This document shows, piece after piece, positions 25,088 through 32,887 of a stretch of 40,965 bases of DNA. Position 1 is the first letter of the stretch. Each line of letters starts with the position of its first letter. The notes under the pieces were generated by a model. That model was not told where the DNA came from, ran no database searches, and worked only from the letters and a program-made list of their open reading frames with translations. Both the position numbers and the translations under genes were made by a program. Location of the stretch: positions 1 through 40,965 of the forward strand of contig JAYEJK010000148.1 in the NCBI GenBank assembly GCA_034660535.1. The letters are read 5' to 3'. Source of the stretch: Thermodesulfobacteriota bacterium (lineage in GTDB: Bacteria > Desulfobacterota > Desulfobulbia > Desulfobulbales > DAOVYS01).

Positions 25088-25184
25088 ATTTGTCAAACTG
25101 GAAATTCCGATATAAAATAGGGAAGAGGTTCGGTTTTTCCTATAAAAAGCCGGTTTAATTATCGGAAAAACCAGTTTGACAAAT
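25088..25184. repeat. 97-bp inverted-repeat structure in the selC/selB-yedE divergent intergenic region
   Basis: The arms are ATTTGTCAAACTGGAAATTCCGATA (25088..25112) and TATCGGAAAAACCAGTTTGACAAAT (25160..25184). The outer 14 nt are perfect. Confidence 0.5.
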
Positions 25185-25378
25185 AGAAATTCCCTCTGTA
25201 TTTTGTTGTTCATAGTTTTTTTTAATGATCTAAAAATATCATCACAAGGAATCCATCCATACTGCTTAGGTTTTTTAGGGTCTATCCACTTGATGTATCG
25301 GAAAAATAAAGTGTTCTGTGTTTTTGCCCATAGGGCATTATGTTCAGTAGATATAAAATCGATGAAAGGGGGAAATAA

Positions 25379-26467
25379 ATGGCACAATTGAAAAATTTTT
25401 TTTCGACACGCTGGGGAATTATAAGTGTAGGAGCCTTTATCGGAGTGCTTGCTTCGCTTTTACAGAAATTAGGCAATCCTGGGAATATGGGTATTTGCGT
25501 TGCCTGCTTTGAAAGAGATATTGCAGGGGCAATCGGAATTCATAGGGCGGCTGTGGTCCAGTATATGCGGCCCGAAATCATCGGCTTTGTTCTGGGTTCA
25601 CTAATTGCCGCATATCTTTTCAAGGAATTTCGGTCCCGGACAGGCTCAGCTACTATTGTTCGATTCATGCTGGGAGTTTTTGCCATGATCGGGGCACTGG
25701 TCTTCCTGGGATGCCCGTGGCGAGCTTTACTACGCTTTTCAGCCGGTGATGGAAATGCCGTTTTGGGATTGCTCGGACTGGTCGGCGGCATCTGGATAGG
25801 CACTCTTTTTCTTAAAAGCGGGTATAACCTGGGGCGTGCCGAGAAGACATACACCTCGGTGGGATGGTTATTACCTTTGACCATGATCGGTTTTTTAATG
25901 TTGATGCTCATCTTTCCGCAAATTGATGGAGAGGCCAAAAGCGGAATCCTGTTTTACAGTGTAAAAGGTCCCGGCGTGATGCATGCACCTCTGATTATTT
26001 CCCTGCTGGCCGGCCTTGCTATAGGGTTTGCTGCGCAGAGAAGCCGTTTTTGTACTATGGGTGCTTTTCGGGATTTAATTCTGTTTCGACAGGCCCACCT
26101 TTTCTCAGGGCTTATTGCCCTGGTGGTTTTCGCTTTTATAACAAACCTGATAGTGGAGCAGTTTCATCCAGGCTTTGTCAAACAGCCGGTGGCCCATACC
26201 ATGCATGTCTGGAATTTCGGCGGGATGGTTCTGGCCGGCCTTGCATTTGCCCTGGCAGGAGGATGTCCGGGACGGCAGCTTTTTCTGGCTGGTGAAGGCG
26301 ATGGAGATGCAGCGGTTTTCGTGCTGGGTATGATAGTCGGAGCAGGTTTTGCTCACAATTTCGGCCTGGCGAGTTCTCCAAAAGGTGTTGGCCCTCACGG
26401 TATTGCCGCTGTGATCATCGGGCTTTCGGTCTGTCTGTTTATCGGTTTTACCATGAGAAAAAAATAA
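25379..26467 (+). CDS. yedE: YedE-family putative selenium/sulfur-compound transporter
   Basis: 362 aa, polytopic. LGNPGNMGICVACFERD and the second-half repeat ...RSRFCTMGAFRD... are the paired Cys motifs typical of YedE/YeeE. Confidence 0.85.
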   Translation: MAQLKNFFSTRWGIISVGAFIGVLASLLQKLGNPGNMGICVACFERDIAGAIGIHRAAVVQYMRPEIIGFVLGSLIAAYLFKEFRSRTGSATIVRFMLGVFAMIGALVFLGCPWRALLRFSAGDGNAVLGLLGLVGGIWIGTLFLKSGYNLGRAEKTYTSVGWLLPLTMIGFLMLMLIFPQIDGEAKSGILFYSVKGPGVMHAPLIISLLAGLAIGFAAQRSRFCTMGAFRDLILFRQAHLFSGLIALVVFAFITNLIVEQFHPGFVKQPVAHTMHVWNFGGMVLAGLAFALAGGCPGRQLFLAGEGDGDAAVFVLGMIVGAGFAHNFGLASSPKGVGPHGIAAVIIGLSVCLFIGFTMRKK

Positions 26468-26473
26468 TCAAGG

Positions 26474-26624
26474 GTAATCGTTCACAGGCGCCCCACCTGC
26501 ACGCGATCAGTCCGGCTCACATAGCTTACTATAGTTCGCCGGCCTGCTAGCGTACATCTGGGGCGCCTGTGAACGATTACATACTGAGGAGTCTGCTAAG
26601 TAGGGGACCTCTCTGAACGGTTAC
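26474..26624. repeat. Composite palindromic repeat, family 4, copy 2 (inverted relative to copy 1)
   Basis: GTAATCGTTCACAGGCGCCCCA ... TGGGGCGCCTGTGAACGATTAC (26474..26580), plus an extra half-arm ...CTCTGAACGGTTAC (to 26624). It sits directly after the yedE stop. Confidence 0.8.
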
Positions 26625-26642
26625 AATCAAGGGAGGTAAAAG

Positions 26643-26861
26643 ATGAGTATAATAGTCGATGCAGGAGGGCTTTCCTGTCCACAACCGGTCTTGATGACGC
26701 TAAATAAGATCAAAGAGATACAAAAAGGGGAAATTATAGTAAGGGTGGATACGGACACTTCAAAGGAGAATGTGAGCCGTGCGGCCGAGAGCCGGGGGTG
26801 GGATGTGGCTGATATTCAAAAGGATGAGACAGGATACCGGCTTATTATCAAAAAGGAGTAG
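26643..26861 (+). CDS. TusA/SirA-family sulfur(selenium)-carrier protein
   Basis: 72 aa. ...DAGGLSCPQPVLMTLNKI... carries the CPxP active-site motif. The size and fold pattern match TusA. Confidence 0.85.
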   Translation: MSIIVDAGGLSCPQPVLMTLNKIKEIQKGEIIVRVDTDTSKENVSRAAESRGWDVADIQKDETGYRLIIKKE

Positions 26862-26867
26862 TAAGAT

Positions 26868-27419
26868 TTGTCTTTTTTAGGCTTTTTAAAACAGAAACGA
26901 TCTGAAACCGGGGATGATCAAAACGTAGATCGCGGGATTCTGGTGTTCGAGAACACCAGTGAGGTAATCAGGGCTGAAAGTGTCCTTAAATCAGAAGGAT
27001 GGAAGATAAAAGTTGTGGGCCCTCCGCCTGAAATCCGAAGCGGCTGTGATCTGGTTATTGAGATTCCCCTCATAGAAGAACTGAACATCCTGCGGACTCT
27101 TGAGAAAGCCGGGGCTTCGCCGCTGGAAACAGTGCCTGTCAGCAGTCCATTGCTGCAACCCGTGGATCTCTTCCAGAATAAAGATTTCGGAAAATACCTG
27201 ATGATCCGGGCGGCCAATATGAAATTGACCATTGATAAGGAGACATTGAATATCGTAAATGTCTCCGGTGGCGGCTGCCCGGACGTTCCTTATCTGGCTC
27301 AGGAGATGGTGGGTAAAACAATGGCTGAAGCGCCGGACCCACGGGAAATCGGTCATACCCTGTGTGGCTATGCGCTCCAACTGGCATATGAGGAGATGTC
27401 GCGCCGATGTTCGCTGTAG
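26868..27419 (+). CDS. DUF3343-like (putative Se/S carrier) domain protein with a C-terminal extension
   Basis: The N-terminal part, ...GILVFENTSEVIRAESVLKSEGWKIKVVGPPPEIRSGCDLVIE..., fits the DUF3343 pattern. An additional roughly 90 aa (...VSGGGCPDVPYLAQE...CGYALQ...) belongs to no recognised family. The start is TTG. Confidence 0.6.
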   Translation: MSFLGFLKQKRSETGDDQNVDRGILVFENTSEVIRAESVLKSEGWKIKVVGPPPEIRSGCDLVIEIPLIEELNILRTLEKAGASPLETVPVSSPLLQPVDLFQNKDFGKYLMIRAANMKLTIDKETLNIVNVSGGGCPDVPYLAQEMVGKTMAEAPDPREIGHTLCGYALQLAYEEMSRRCSL

Positions 27420-28270
27420 CGGGGACCGTACCGGTTCAAGATTTCCCCCTGGTGGCAGGAGAAGTTTTTCTGGAAGATGATAATATCCGTATCCGGGAAA
27501 TGCGGGTCCCGGTAAATCGAGGGACTCCGGCTTTGATGGCCGCGGCCGTCAAAGCATGCGAAGCGCTGGATCAAGGCGCTCCCTTTGGATATCTTGTGGG
27601 AGACATCGGACTGGGAGATGGGAGCCGCAGGCTGTATGAATACATGACCGGACATCTTGATAAATTCGATTTCCAATCAAAATACGGAACAGGTCTGCAA
27701 GCAATTACTTTTCATTATCTTCAGCCTGATGTGGACTGGCATAACAGAGTCCTGTCTACCGTGAAGGAAATGGAAAAGGCGCCCATATTAATCGCTGACG
27801 CCGGTTTTATGTATGCTGCCAAGATGAGCGGGAAGGCAGCGGAATATGATCTTTTTACACCGGATGTCGGTGAACTGGCTTTTCTGGCGGATGAAGAGGC
27901 CCCGCATCCATTTTACACAAGGGGTTTTATTTTACACGAAGAAGACCGGATACCTGAGCTGATTGCCCGGACATATAAATATAAAAATGGAGCGCGTTGT
28001 CTCCTGGTAAAAGGGAAACAGGATTATGTGGCAGACCGGCATGGAATTCAGGCGACGATTGACAGTCCAATGGAAGAGGCCATGGAAGCCATGGGCGGCA
28101 CAGGAGATACCTTGACCGGTATTGTAACGGCTCTGATCGGAACAGGCATGGAGGTTATGAAGGCTGCTACTATTGCTGCAAGAGTAAATCGACTGGCCGG
28201 GTATTATGCAAAGCCGACACCCGCCACCCAGGTGATGGAGATTATTAAGCATATACCGACCGCTTTGTAA
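27407..28270 (+). CDS. YjeF_C / ribokinase-superfamily (NAD(P)HX-dehydratase-like) protein
   Basis: ...AMGGTGDTLTGIVTALIG... matches the GGxGDxLxG anion-hole motif of the YjeF C-terminal/carbohydrate kinase fold. It overlaps the previous gene by 13 nt. Its TAA stop (28268..28270) lies inside the inserted family-3 element. Confidence 0.65.
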   Translation: MFAVAGTVPVQDFPLVAGEVFLEDDNIRIREMRVPVNRGTPALMAAAVKACEALDQGAPFGYLVGDIGLGDGSRRLYEYMTGHLDKFDFQSKYGTGLQAITFHYLQPDVDWHNRVLSTVKEMEKAPILIADAGFMYAAKMSGKAAEYDLFTPDVGELAFLADEEAPHPFYTRGFILHEEDRIPELIARTYKYKNGARCLLVKGKQDYVADRHGIQATIDSPMEEAMEAMGGTGDTLTGIVTALIGTGMEVMKAATIAARVNRLAGYYAKPTPATQVMEIIKHIPTAL

Positions 28271-28419
28271 ATATTCGGCTTGATGCCGGAAAATAGCTAA
28301 AATTACCAAACTGTAAATGTTTGGCAACGCTTCACAGGGAGGTGAGCAGGCTGATCAGCTATACTTGGGTATGCTGGGCAGCCTGATCGCCTTCCTGTGG
28401 AGTGTTGCCGAATATTTAC
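28267..28419. mobile_element. MITE-like element, family 3, 153 bp, copy 1
   Basis: It has 13-nt terminal inverted repeats, GTAAATATTCGGC and GCCGAATATTTAC. It is flanked by a perfect 8-bp direct repeat ACCGCTTT (28259..28266 and 28420..28427). The interior is self-complementary. Confidence 0.85.
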
Positions 28420-28448
28420 ACCGCTTTTGCTAATGAAAAAGGAGAATC

Positions 28449-28679
28449 GTGGATAAAAAAGTCATAAAGAAAGATCAACAAATCCGTCCGGAAATGACCG
28501 TACTGGATGTTGTTTCCGGATACAAAAAAACCGAGCAAGTGTTTAAACAGTATGATAAACAGGCAGGCGTTTGTATTTGCTGCCAGGCGCTTTTTGAACC
28601 CTTAAGAAAAGTTGCGGTAAGATATGGTTTAAACCTGGAAAAATTTCTGGCTGACCTGGAGGCCGCAGCCGCTCAATAG
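28449..28679 (+). CDS. DUF1858-type small redox-disulfide protein (hybrid-cluster-protein-associated family)
   Basis: ...MTVLDVVSGYKKTEQVFKQYDKQAGVCICCQALFEPLRKVAVRYGLNLEKFLADLE fits the DUF1858 pattern with a Cys cluster. The GTG start is preceded by AGGAGAA. Confidence 0.65.
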   Translation: MDKKVIKKDQQIRPEMTVLDVVSGYKKTEQVFKQYDKQAGVCICCQALFEPLRKVAVRYGLNLEKFLADLEAAAAQ

Positions 28680-28956
28680 TAAATGTTCACGCACCGCATC
28701 CGGAGTCTCGCAGGCTTGCTTAACCTGCACGCGATTAGGGCAACCAGTATAAGGTGGGCTATAAATATTCGGCAGCACTCCACAGGAAGGCGATCAGGCT
28801 GCCCAGCATACCAAAGTATAGCTGATCAGCCTGCTCACCTCCCTGTGAAGCGCTGCCAAACATTTACAATTTGGTGGTTCTAGCTATTTTCCGGCATCAA
28901 GCCGAATATTTACGGTGGGCTATAGCTGATTGCCCTGATCACGCACAGGTACGATT
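28679..28956. repeat. Degenerate family-4 palindromic repeat, interrupted by family-3 element copy 2
   Basis: GTAAATGTTCACGCACCGC...ACCTGCACGCGATTAGGGCAACCAGTATA is mirrored, after removal of 28761..28921, by TATAGCTGATTGCCCTGATCACGCACAGGTACGATT. The core resembles the family-4 core ACCTGCACGCGATCAG... Confidence 0.45.
28761..28913. mobile_element. MITE-like element, family 3, 153 bp, copy 2 (inverted relative to copy 1)
   Basis: Its reverse complement matches 28267..28419 with about 8 mismatches by eye. It is flanked by a perfect 8-bp direct repeat GGTGGGCT (28753..28760 and 28914..28921). Confidence 0.85.
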
Positions 28957-29389
28957 TTTTTGTGATCAGCTTCACTTCAGGTCCCATCCATTCTTCAATC
29001 GAGAGACTTTGATTTTCAGTAAAAAATTTTTCCCGGCTTTTCGTTATTAAATAACTCGACAGTCCAAAGTTTTCATATTTAAGTTTGACGACAACTTCAA
29101 ATTTTCAGAGTTGACGATACTGAGATGAATAAATGCCGGATTTAACCCCATTGGCCCCCCAATAGCAATTACAGTTGACCATCACCGAGTCAATCGGTCT
29201 AAGTCGGTAAAACCCATAATACAATCGGAAATAGCGTTTGACAATAGGCCTTCGTCTGATATATTTTTGTTTATCCCTGTTTGTATGGATGAAAGACCCG
29301 TAAGTCAGGTCAATGGCAAACATAACCATGAACCGATAGCAGAAGGCCATTGCGAGACAACCTATGGGGCCAAGTGTGAGTGGATACAA

Positions 29390-29605
29390 ATGATGGAAGA
29401 CCGATGGCTCTCCGCAGATGATATTGTGGCTTATCTCGGCATCAAGCGGGATACCGTTTATAGATGGATAAGTGAAAGAAATATGCCTGGGCACAAGATC
29501 GGTCGCTTGTGGAAGTTTCGTAAAGAAGAGGTCGACGAGTGGATGCGAAGCGGAGGTGGCCGGAGTGATGCCAACGATAAGCCGGTCGACGAACCGCAAT
29601 CCTGA
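29390..29605 (+). CDS. Excisionase-family / MerR-like helix-turn-helix DNA-binding protein
   Basis: MMEDRWLSADDIVAYLGIKRDTVYRWISERNMPGHKIGRLWKFRKEEVDEWM is the canonical excisionase-type HTH pattern (L...e.A.yLg.s..t.y.w......P..k.G..w.f...e.d.W.). Confidence 0.8.
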   Translation: MMEDRWLSADDIVAYLGIKRDTVYRWISERNMPGHKIGRLWKFRKEEVDEWMRSGGGRSDANDKPVDEPQS

Positions 29606-30265
29606 GGACTTTGAGGATTTTGTTCTGGCAGCAGCCCCCAATAACGAACCCGTCGGAAAACTAATGCGTGAACTTCGGGAACCGTGCCACGGCAGAGCCG
29701 TTCTTATCCTCGATGCGCGCTCTCTGCGTGGGTCTCCCTGGATCATTCACGGCGCTGCCGAGCGCGGATTCACGATTCACGATGCAAGAGCTACCGGAGT
29801 CGAACTGCCTGCGGACACTACCTCCTTCGCCAAGGCGCTCGGATTTTCCCAACGTTGGCGCTCGACAACAACGGTGCAGGATCTGCTCACAAATTGACCG
29901 GAGCGCGAACGGAATCTACGGACATTGCCTGGAAGGATTGCGCTGACTTCATCGGCTCTGAACCCGATTGGGTGTTCTGGCATCACTGGCCGGATCATCG
30001 CCTGCACCATCATGATGAGGCGGGCAAGGGCCTGTCGACGCTGACCAAGGAGATACGGGAACAGCGGACGCTGGATTGATGAAAATGGAGACACGGGTCA
30101 TTGGGTGCCGGCCATCGATCTTTCCCTGAATACGTGGCACGGACAGCATCAGTTTGTACTGGGACGTCGAAAATGGAAGAGCGCGGGCGGATATCCAACG
30201 CTGACGCAGGGAGGATTAAGCGTGCTCGAAGTTGCAGTGCCTTGGATAGAACTATCGAAATGAGG
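29590..30265 (+). pseudogene. Remnant of an unidentified gene spread over three reading frames
   Basis: Protein-like translation continues from frame to frame. The first piece is ...NPEDFEDFVLAAAPNNEPVGKLMRELREPCHGRAVLILDARSL...TTVQDLL. The second is ...KLTGARTESTDIAWKDCADFIGSEPDWVFWHHWPDH...LTKEIREQRT. The third is ...RWIDENGDTGHWVPAIDLSLNTWHGQHQFVLGRRKWKSAGGYPTLTQGGLSVLEVAVPWIELSK*. The region looks more GC-rich than its surroundings by eye. No family was recognised. Confidence 0.4.
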
Positions 30266-30272
30266 CTATTAC

Positions 30273-31521
30273 ATGGCAAAAGACCTTAATAAAAAGCCTT
30301 ATGACGAGGCAACGCTCACCAAACTGGAAATCTTCGAACAATATCTGATCGCGTGGCTACCTGTGTTCATACATACACCCCATACAAGCAAAGCCATGAT
30401 CTGCGATTTTTGTGCCGGTTCTGGATATGATTCTATTGGCATAGATGGAAGTCCTATTCGCATCGTCAAGCGAATAGACAATTATCGCGACCAGATTTTC
30501 CAGAATGATATTCATATCGATATTCTTCTAAATGATGTAAAAATCAAGAAATACCGTGAACTGGAGAACGCTGTCGCCGAATCGTTTCAGGAGGAATCCT
30601 GGCATGGCAAGGTTACTCTTTCTTGTCACAACGAAGATTTCCAGCAGCTCTTCCGGCAACAATACGAGCGCCTAAAACAACAGCCAAACCTCCTTTTTAT
30701 CGACCAGTCCGGCGTCAGGCAGGTCACGAATGAAATCTTCCAGATGCTGATCGGCCTGAATAAAACGGACTTTCTGTTTTTCATTTCGTCATCAGCGATA
30801 AAGCGGTTTGCCGGAACAGCCGAGTTTAGTACCTTAGTGGTAATTTTCTTGTTTTTTCTGGCAGGAAATCAAAAAGGTGAAATATTTTTAAATAGTTACA
30901 CGCTGCTGTTAAGGTACTTATCCAGGACCTTTAAAAATTCCAGTTTATCTGGGTTAGGAGTCTTTTTCCTGACATTGATCCCGATAAGATTTCGGCTGCC
31001 AAGCATGAAGATATTCATCGAATCATGCTGGACTACTACACGCTGAAAATCCCAGAGACAATCTCACAAGGTTGTATCCCTTTTCGCTTAAAAAAGGGTC
31101 AAACATTTACGGTTTAATTTTTGGTTCAAAGCATCCCCTCGGTGTTGAGAAGTTTCTCGATCTGGTATGGGTCCAAAACGCCATCAACGGGGAAGCTAAT
31201 TTCGACATCAATGACGACGTTGAAAAAGGGCAACCGACCCTATTCGATTTGCTACCCGACTTCGAACGTCCTAAAACCAAACGAGAATTGTTTGAAGACT
31301 ATCTGGAAGAGTTCATTCACAATCACGGCCAGGTCACAAACCGTGAAGTATACGACTTTACATTGATTCATGGCCACCCAAAGTCTCATGCGGGCGAATG
31401 CATAATACGCTTGAAAAGTGAAGGTAAAGTAGAGTATAGCGGGCGAATCGGGTTCAGCTATAAATCCTGCGGCAAGAAGAATTCCGTACTAAAGACAATA
31501 AAATGGATAACTAATGGCTAA
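30273..31521 (+). pseudogene. tcmP: Three-Cys-motif partner protein TcmP, disrupted by a family-2 element insertion and one frameshift
   Basis: It lies immediately upstream of, and overlaps, a DUF5131/Gp37-Gp68 gene, which is the usual TcmP pairing. The frame is intact from 30273 to 30829. Removing 30830..30957 rejoins ...GTAEF|RSLFPDIDPDKISAAKHEDIHRIMLDYYTLKIPETISQ... in frame. A further 1-nt shift near 31068..31075 leads into ...YPFSLKKGSNIYGLIFGSKHPLGVEKFLD... (the frame of ORF 31072..31521). Confidence 0.7.
30830..30957. mobile_element. Family-2 small mobile element, copy B (124 bp plus a 4-bp TTAG duplication)
   Basis: TTAG at 30826..30829 is repeated at 30954..30957. The sequence is collinear with 40006..40187, apart from two 27-nt inserts in the latter. 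There are no long terminal inverted repeats. Confidence 0.8.
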
Positions 31522-32887
31522 TTCCAAAATAGAATGGACAGATTCAACATGGAATCCAGTGACGGGTTGCAGAAAAACAAGTGCAGGATGCCTGAACTGC
31601 TACGCGGAACGTATGTCCAAGCGGTTGAAGGCAATGGGGCAGGCAAACTATGCTAATGGCTTTGAGGTAACGATGCACCCGCACGTCATTGAGCATCCGC
31701 TGAAATGGAAAAAGGCACAGGTCATATTTGTGAACTCTATGAGCGACTTGTTTCACGAGGATGTTCCGCTGGAGTTTATCCGGCAAATCTTTGATGTGAT
31801 GACCAGGGCAGACTGGCACACATTTCAGATTTTGACCAAACGGTCCAAGCGTCTGGAAGAATTGGCTCCGCTGCTGGAATGGCCCAAAAACGTTTGGATG
31901 GGTGTGACGGTCGAGAATGCCAGTTGTGCCTACCGTATCGAGCACCTTTGCACTGTCCCTGCAGCAGTGCGGTTTTTATCAATGGAGCCGCTGTTGTCAG
32001 CGGTGGATGACATGAACCTTGACGGCATCGACTGGGTTATCGTTGGTGGCGAATCAGGCCCGGGGGCACGCCTAATACAAAAACAATGGGTATATGGCAT
32101 CCGCAAGCAATGTCGAGAAGCAAAGGTACCTTTCTTTTTCAAGCAGTGGGGAGGTATTAATAAGAAAAAGGCAGGCCGGGAACTTGACAGCCGGATTTAT
32201 GACGAGATGCCGGAACAACCTTGGAAATATTGTCATCCGCCGATGAAAAAGACTGAATGGCTGGCCAGAGAGGTGGCCATGGTCGTAAATGCAGGCAAGG
32301 CCTGGGACTGTGAAACGGTTGACTTTTCAAATCCCAACCGTCCGCCAACGTGTTTGGAGGTCGATTTTCCGATCCTGCCTATCAACCAGATTGCGGCTAT
32401 CGAAGGCAATGCGGGCAAGCCCATTTACCAGATGTCCAAGTGGTGGGCGCGGAGATGCAGCAGCGTATTCCGTGCCATGCTCATAACCGCTGCCATGAAA
32501 GCCCCGGAGGACCCGTCCGAGGCAGCCAAGCAGGTATGGGATGCCTATTACGGCAACCATCAGAAAAAGGGCGCGTTCAAGCATCTCAAGGTTGCCGACA
32601 TCTTCATGGGCGGCAGCACCACAGTCGTGGAAGGCTCGCGTCTCGGCATGCAGATGTACGGCAACGATCTGAACCCCGTGGCCTGGTTCGTGGTCAAGAA
32701 CGAGATGGCCAAAGTGGAGAATGCCGAGGTCAAGGCGCAGATCATGCCTTTCTACGCCTGCGATTGCCCGTGCGGCCACAAGGGCAAATGGACAAAGGTC
32801 GGTACCGGGGAGGTGATGGGTGATGATTTCGAGCCTACCTCACTTTGCCCCGAGGAGCATAAAGAGTATAGCTATGAAGGCCCCTAA
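31514..32887 (+). CDS. DUF5131 (phage Gp37/Gp68 family, three-Cys motif) protein, continuing in frame into an N-terminal DUF1156-type methyltransferase fragment
   Basis: Residues 1 to about 235 read ...IEWTDSTWNPVTGCRKTSAGCLNCYAERM... and ...VPFFFKQWGG...GRELDSRIYDEMP, which is the Gp37/Gp68 pattern. From about residue 244 (nt 32243) the sequence reads ...CLEVDFPILPINQIAAIEGNAGKPIYQMSKWWARR... and ...VADIFMGGSTTVVEGSRLGMQMYGNDLNPVAWFV. That is the DUF1156 N-terminal motif plus SAM-binding motif I. No stop codon separates the two parts. Confidence 0.7.
   Translation: MANSKIEWTDSTWNPVTGCRKTSAGCLNCYAERMSKRLKAMGQANYANGFEVTMHPHVIEHPLKWKKAQVIFVNSMSDLFHEDVPLEFIRQIFDVMTRADWHTFQILTKRSKRLEELAPLLEWPKNVWMGVTVENASCAYRIEHLCTVPAAVRFLSMEPLLSAVDDMNLDGIDWVIVGGESGPGARLIQKQWVYGIRKQCREAKVPFFFKQWGGINKKKAGRELDSRIYDEMPEQPWKYCHPPMKKTEWLAREVAMVVNAGKAWDCETVDFSNPNRPPTCLEVDFPILPINQIAAIEGNAGKPIYQMSKWWARRCSSVFRAMLITAAMKAPEDPSEAAKQVWDAYYGNHQKKGAFKHLKVADIFMGGSTTVVEGSRLGMQMYGNDLNPVAWFVVKNEMAKVENAEVKAQIMPFYACDCPCGHKGKWTKVGTGEVMGDDFEPTSLCPEEHKEYSYEGP

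Noticed and set aside
24992-25387. 131-aa ORF on the minus strand in the selB-yedE intergenic region
   Set aside because: It is AT-rich and low-complexity, spans the 97-bp inverted repeat, and has no SD or motifs. It is treated as a regulatory or spacer region.
29105-29746. 213-aa ORF (-) taken as a whole
   Set aside because: Its 5' two-thirds is antisense to the well-supported excisionase-type HTH gene and to the GC-rich remnant. Only the 3' part was considered, under the in-frame-TGA note.
32327-32823. ORFs 32327..32779 (-) and 32350..32823 (+)
   Set aside because: They are alternative-frame or antisense readings of the GC-rich methyltransferase fragment. Their Arg/Gly/Pro-rich composition is typical of off-frame GC-rich DNA.
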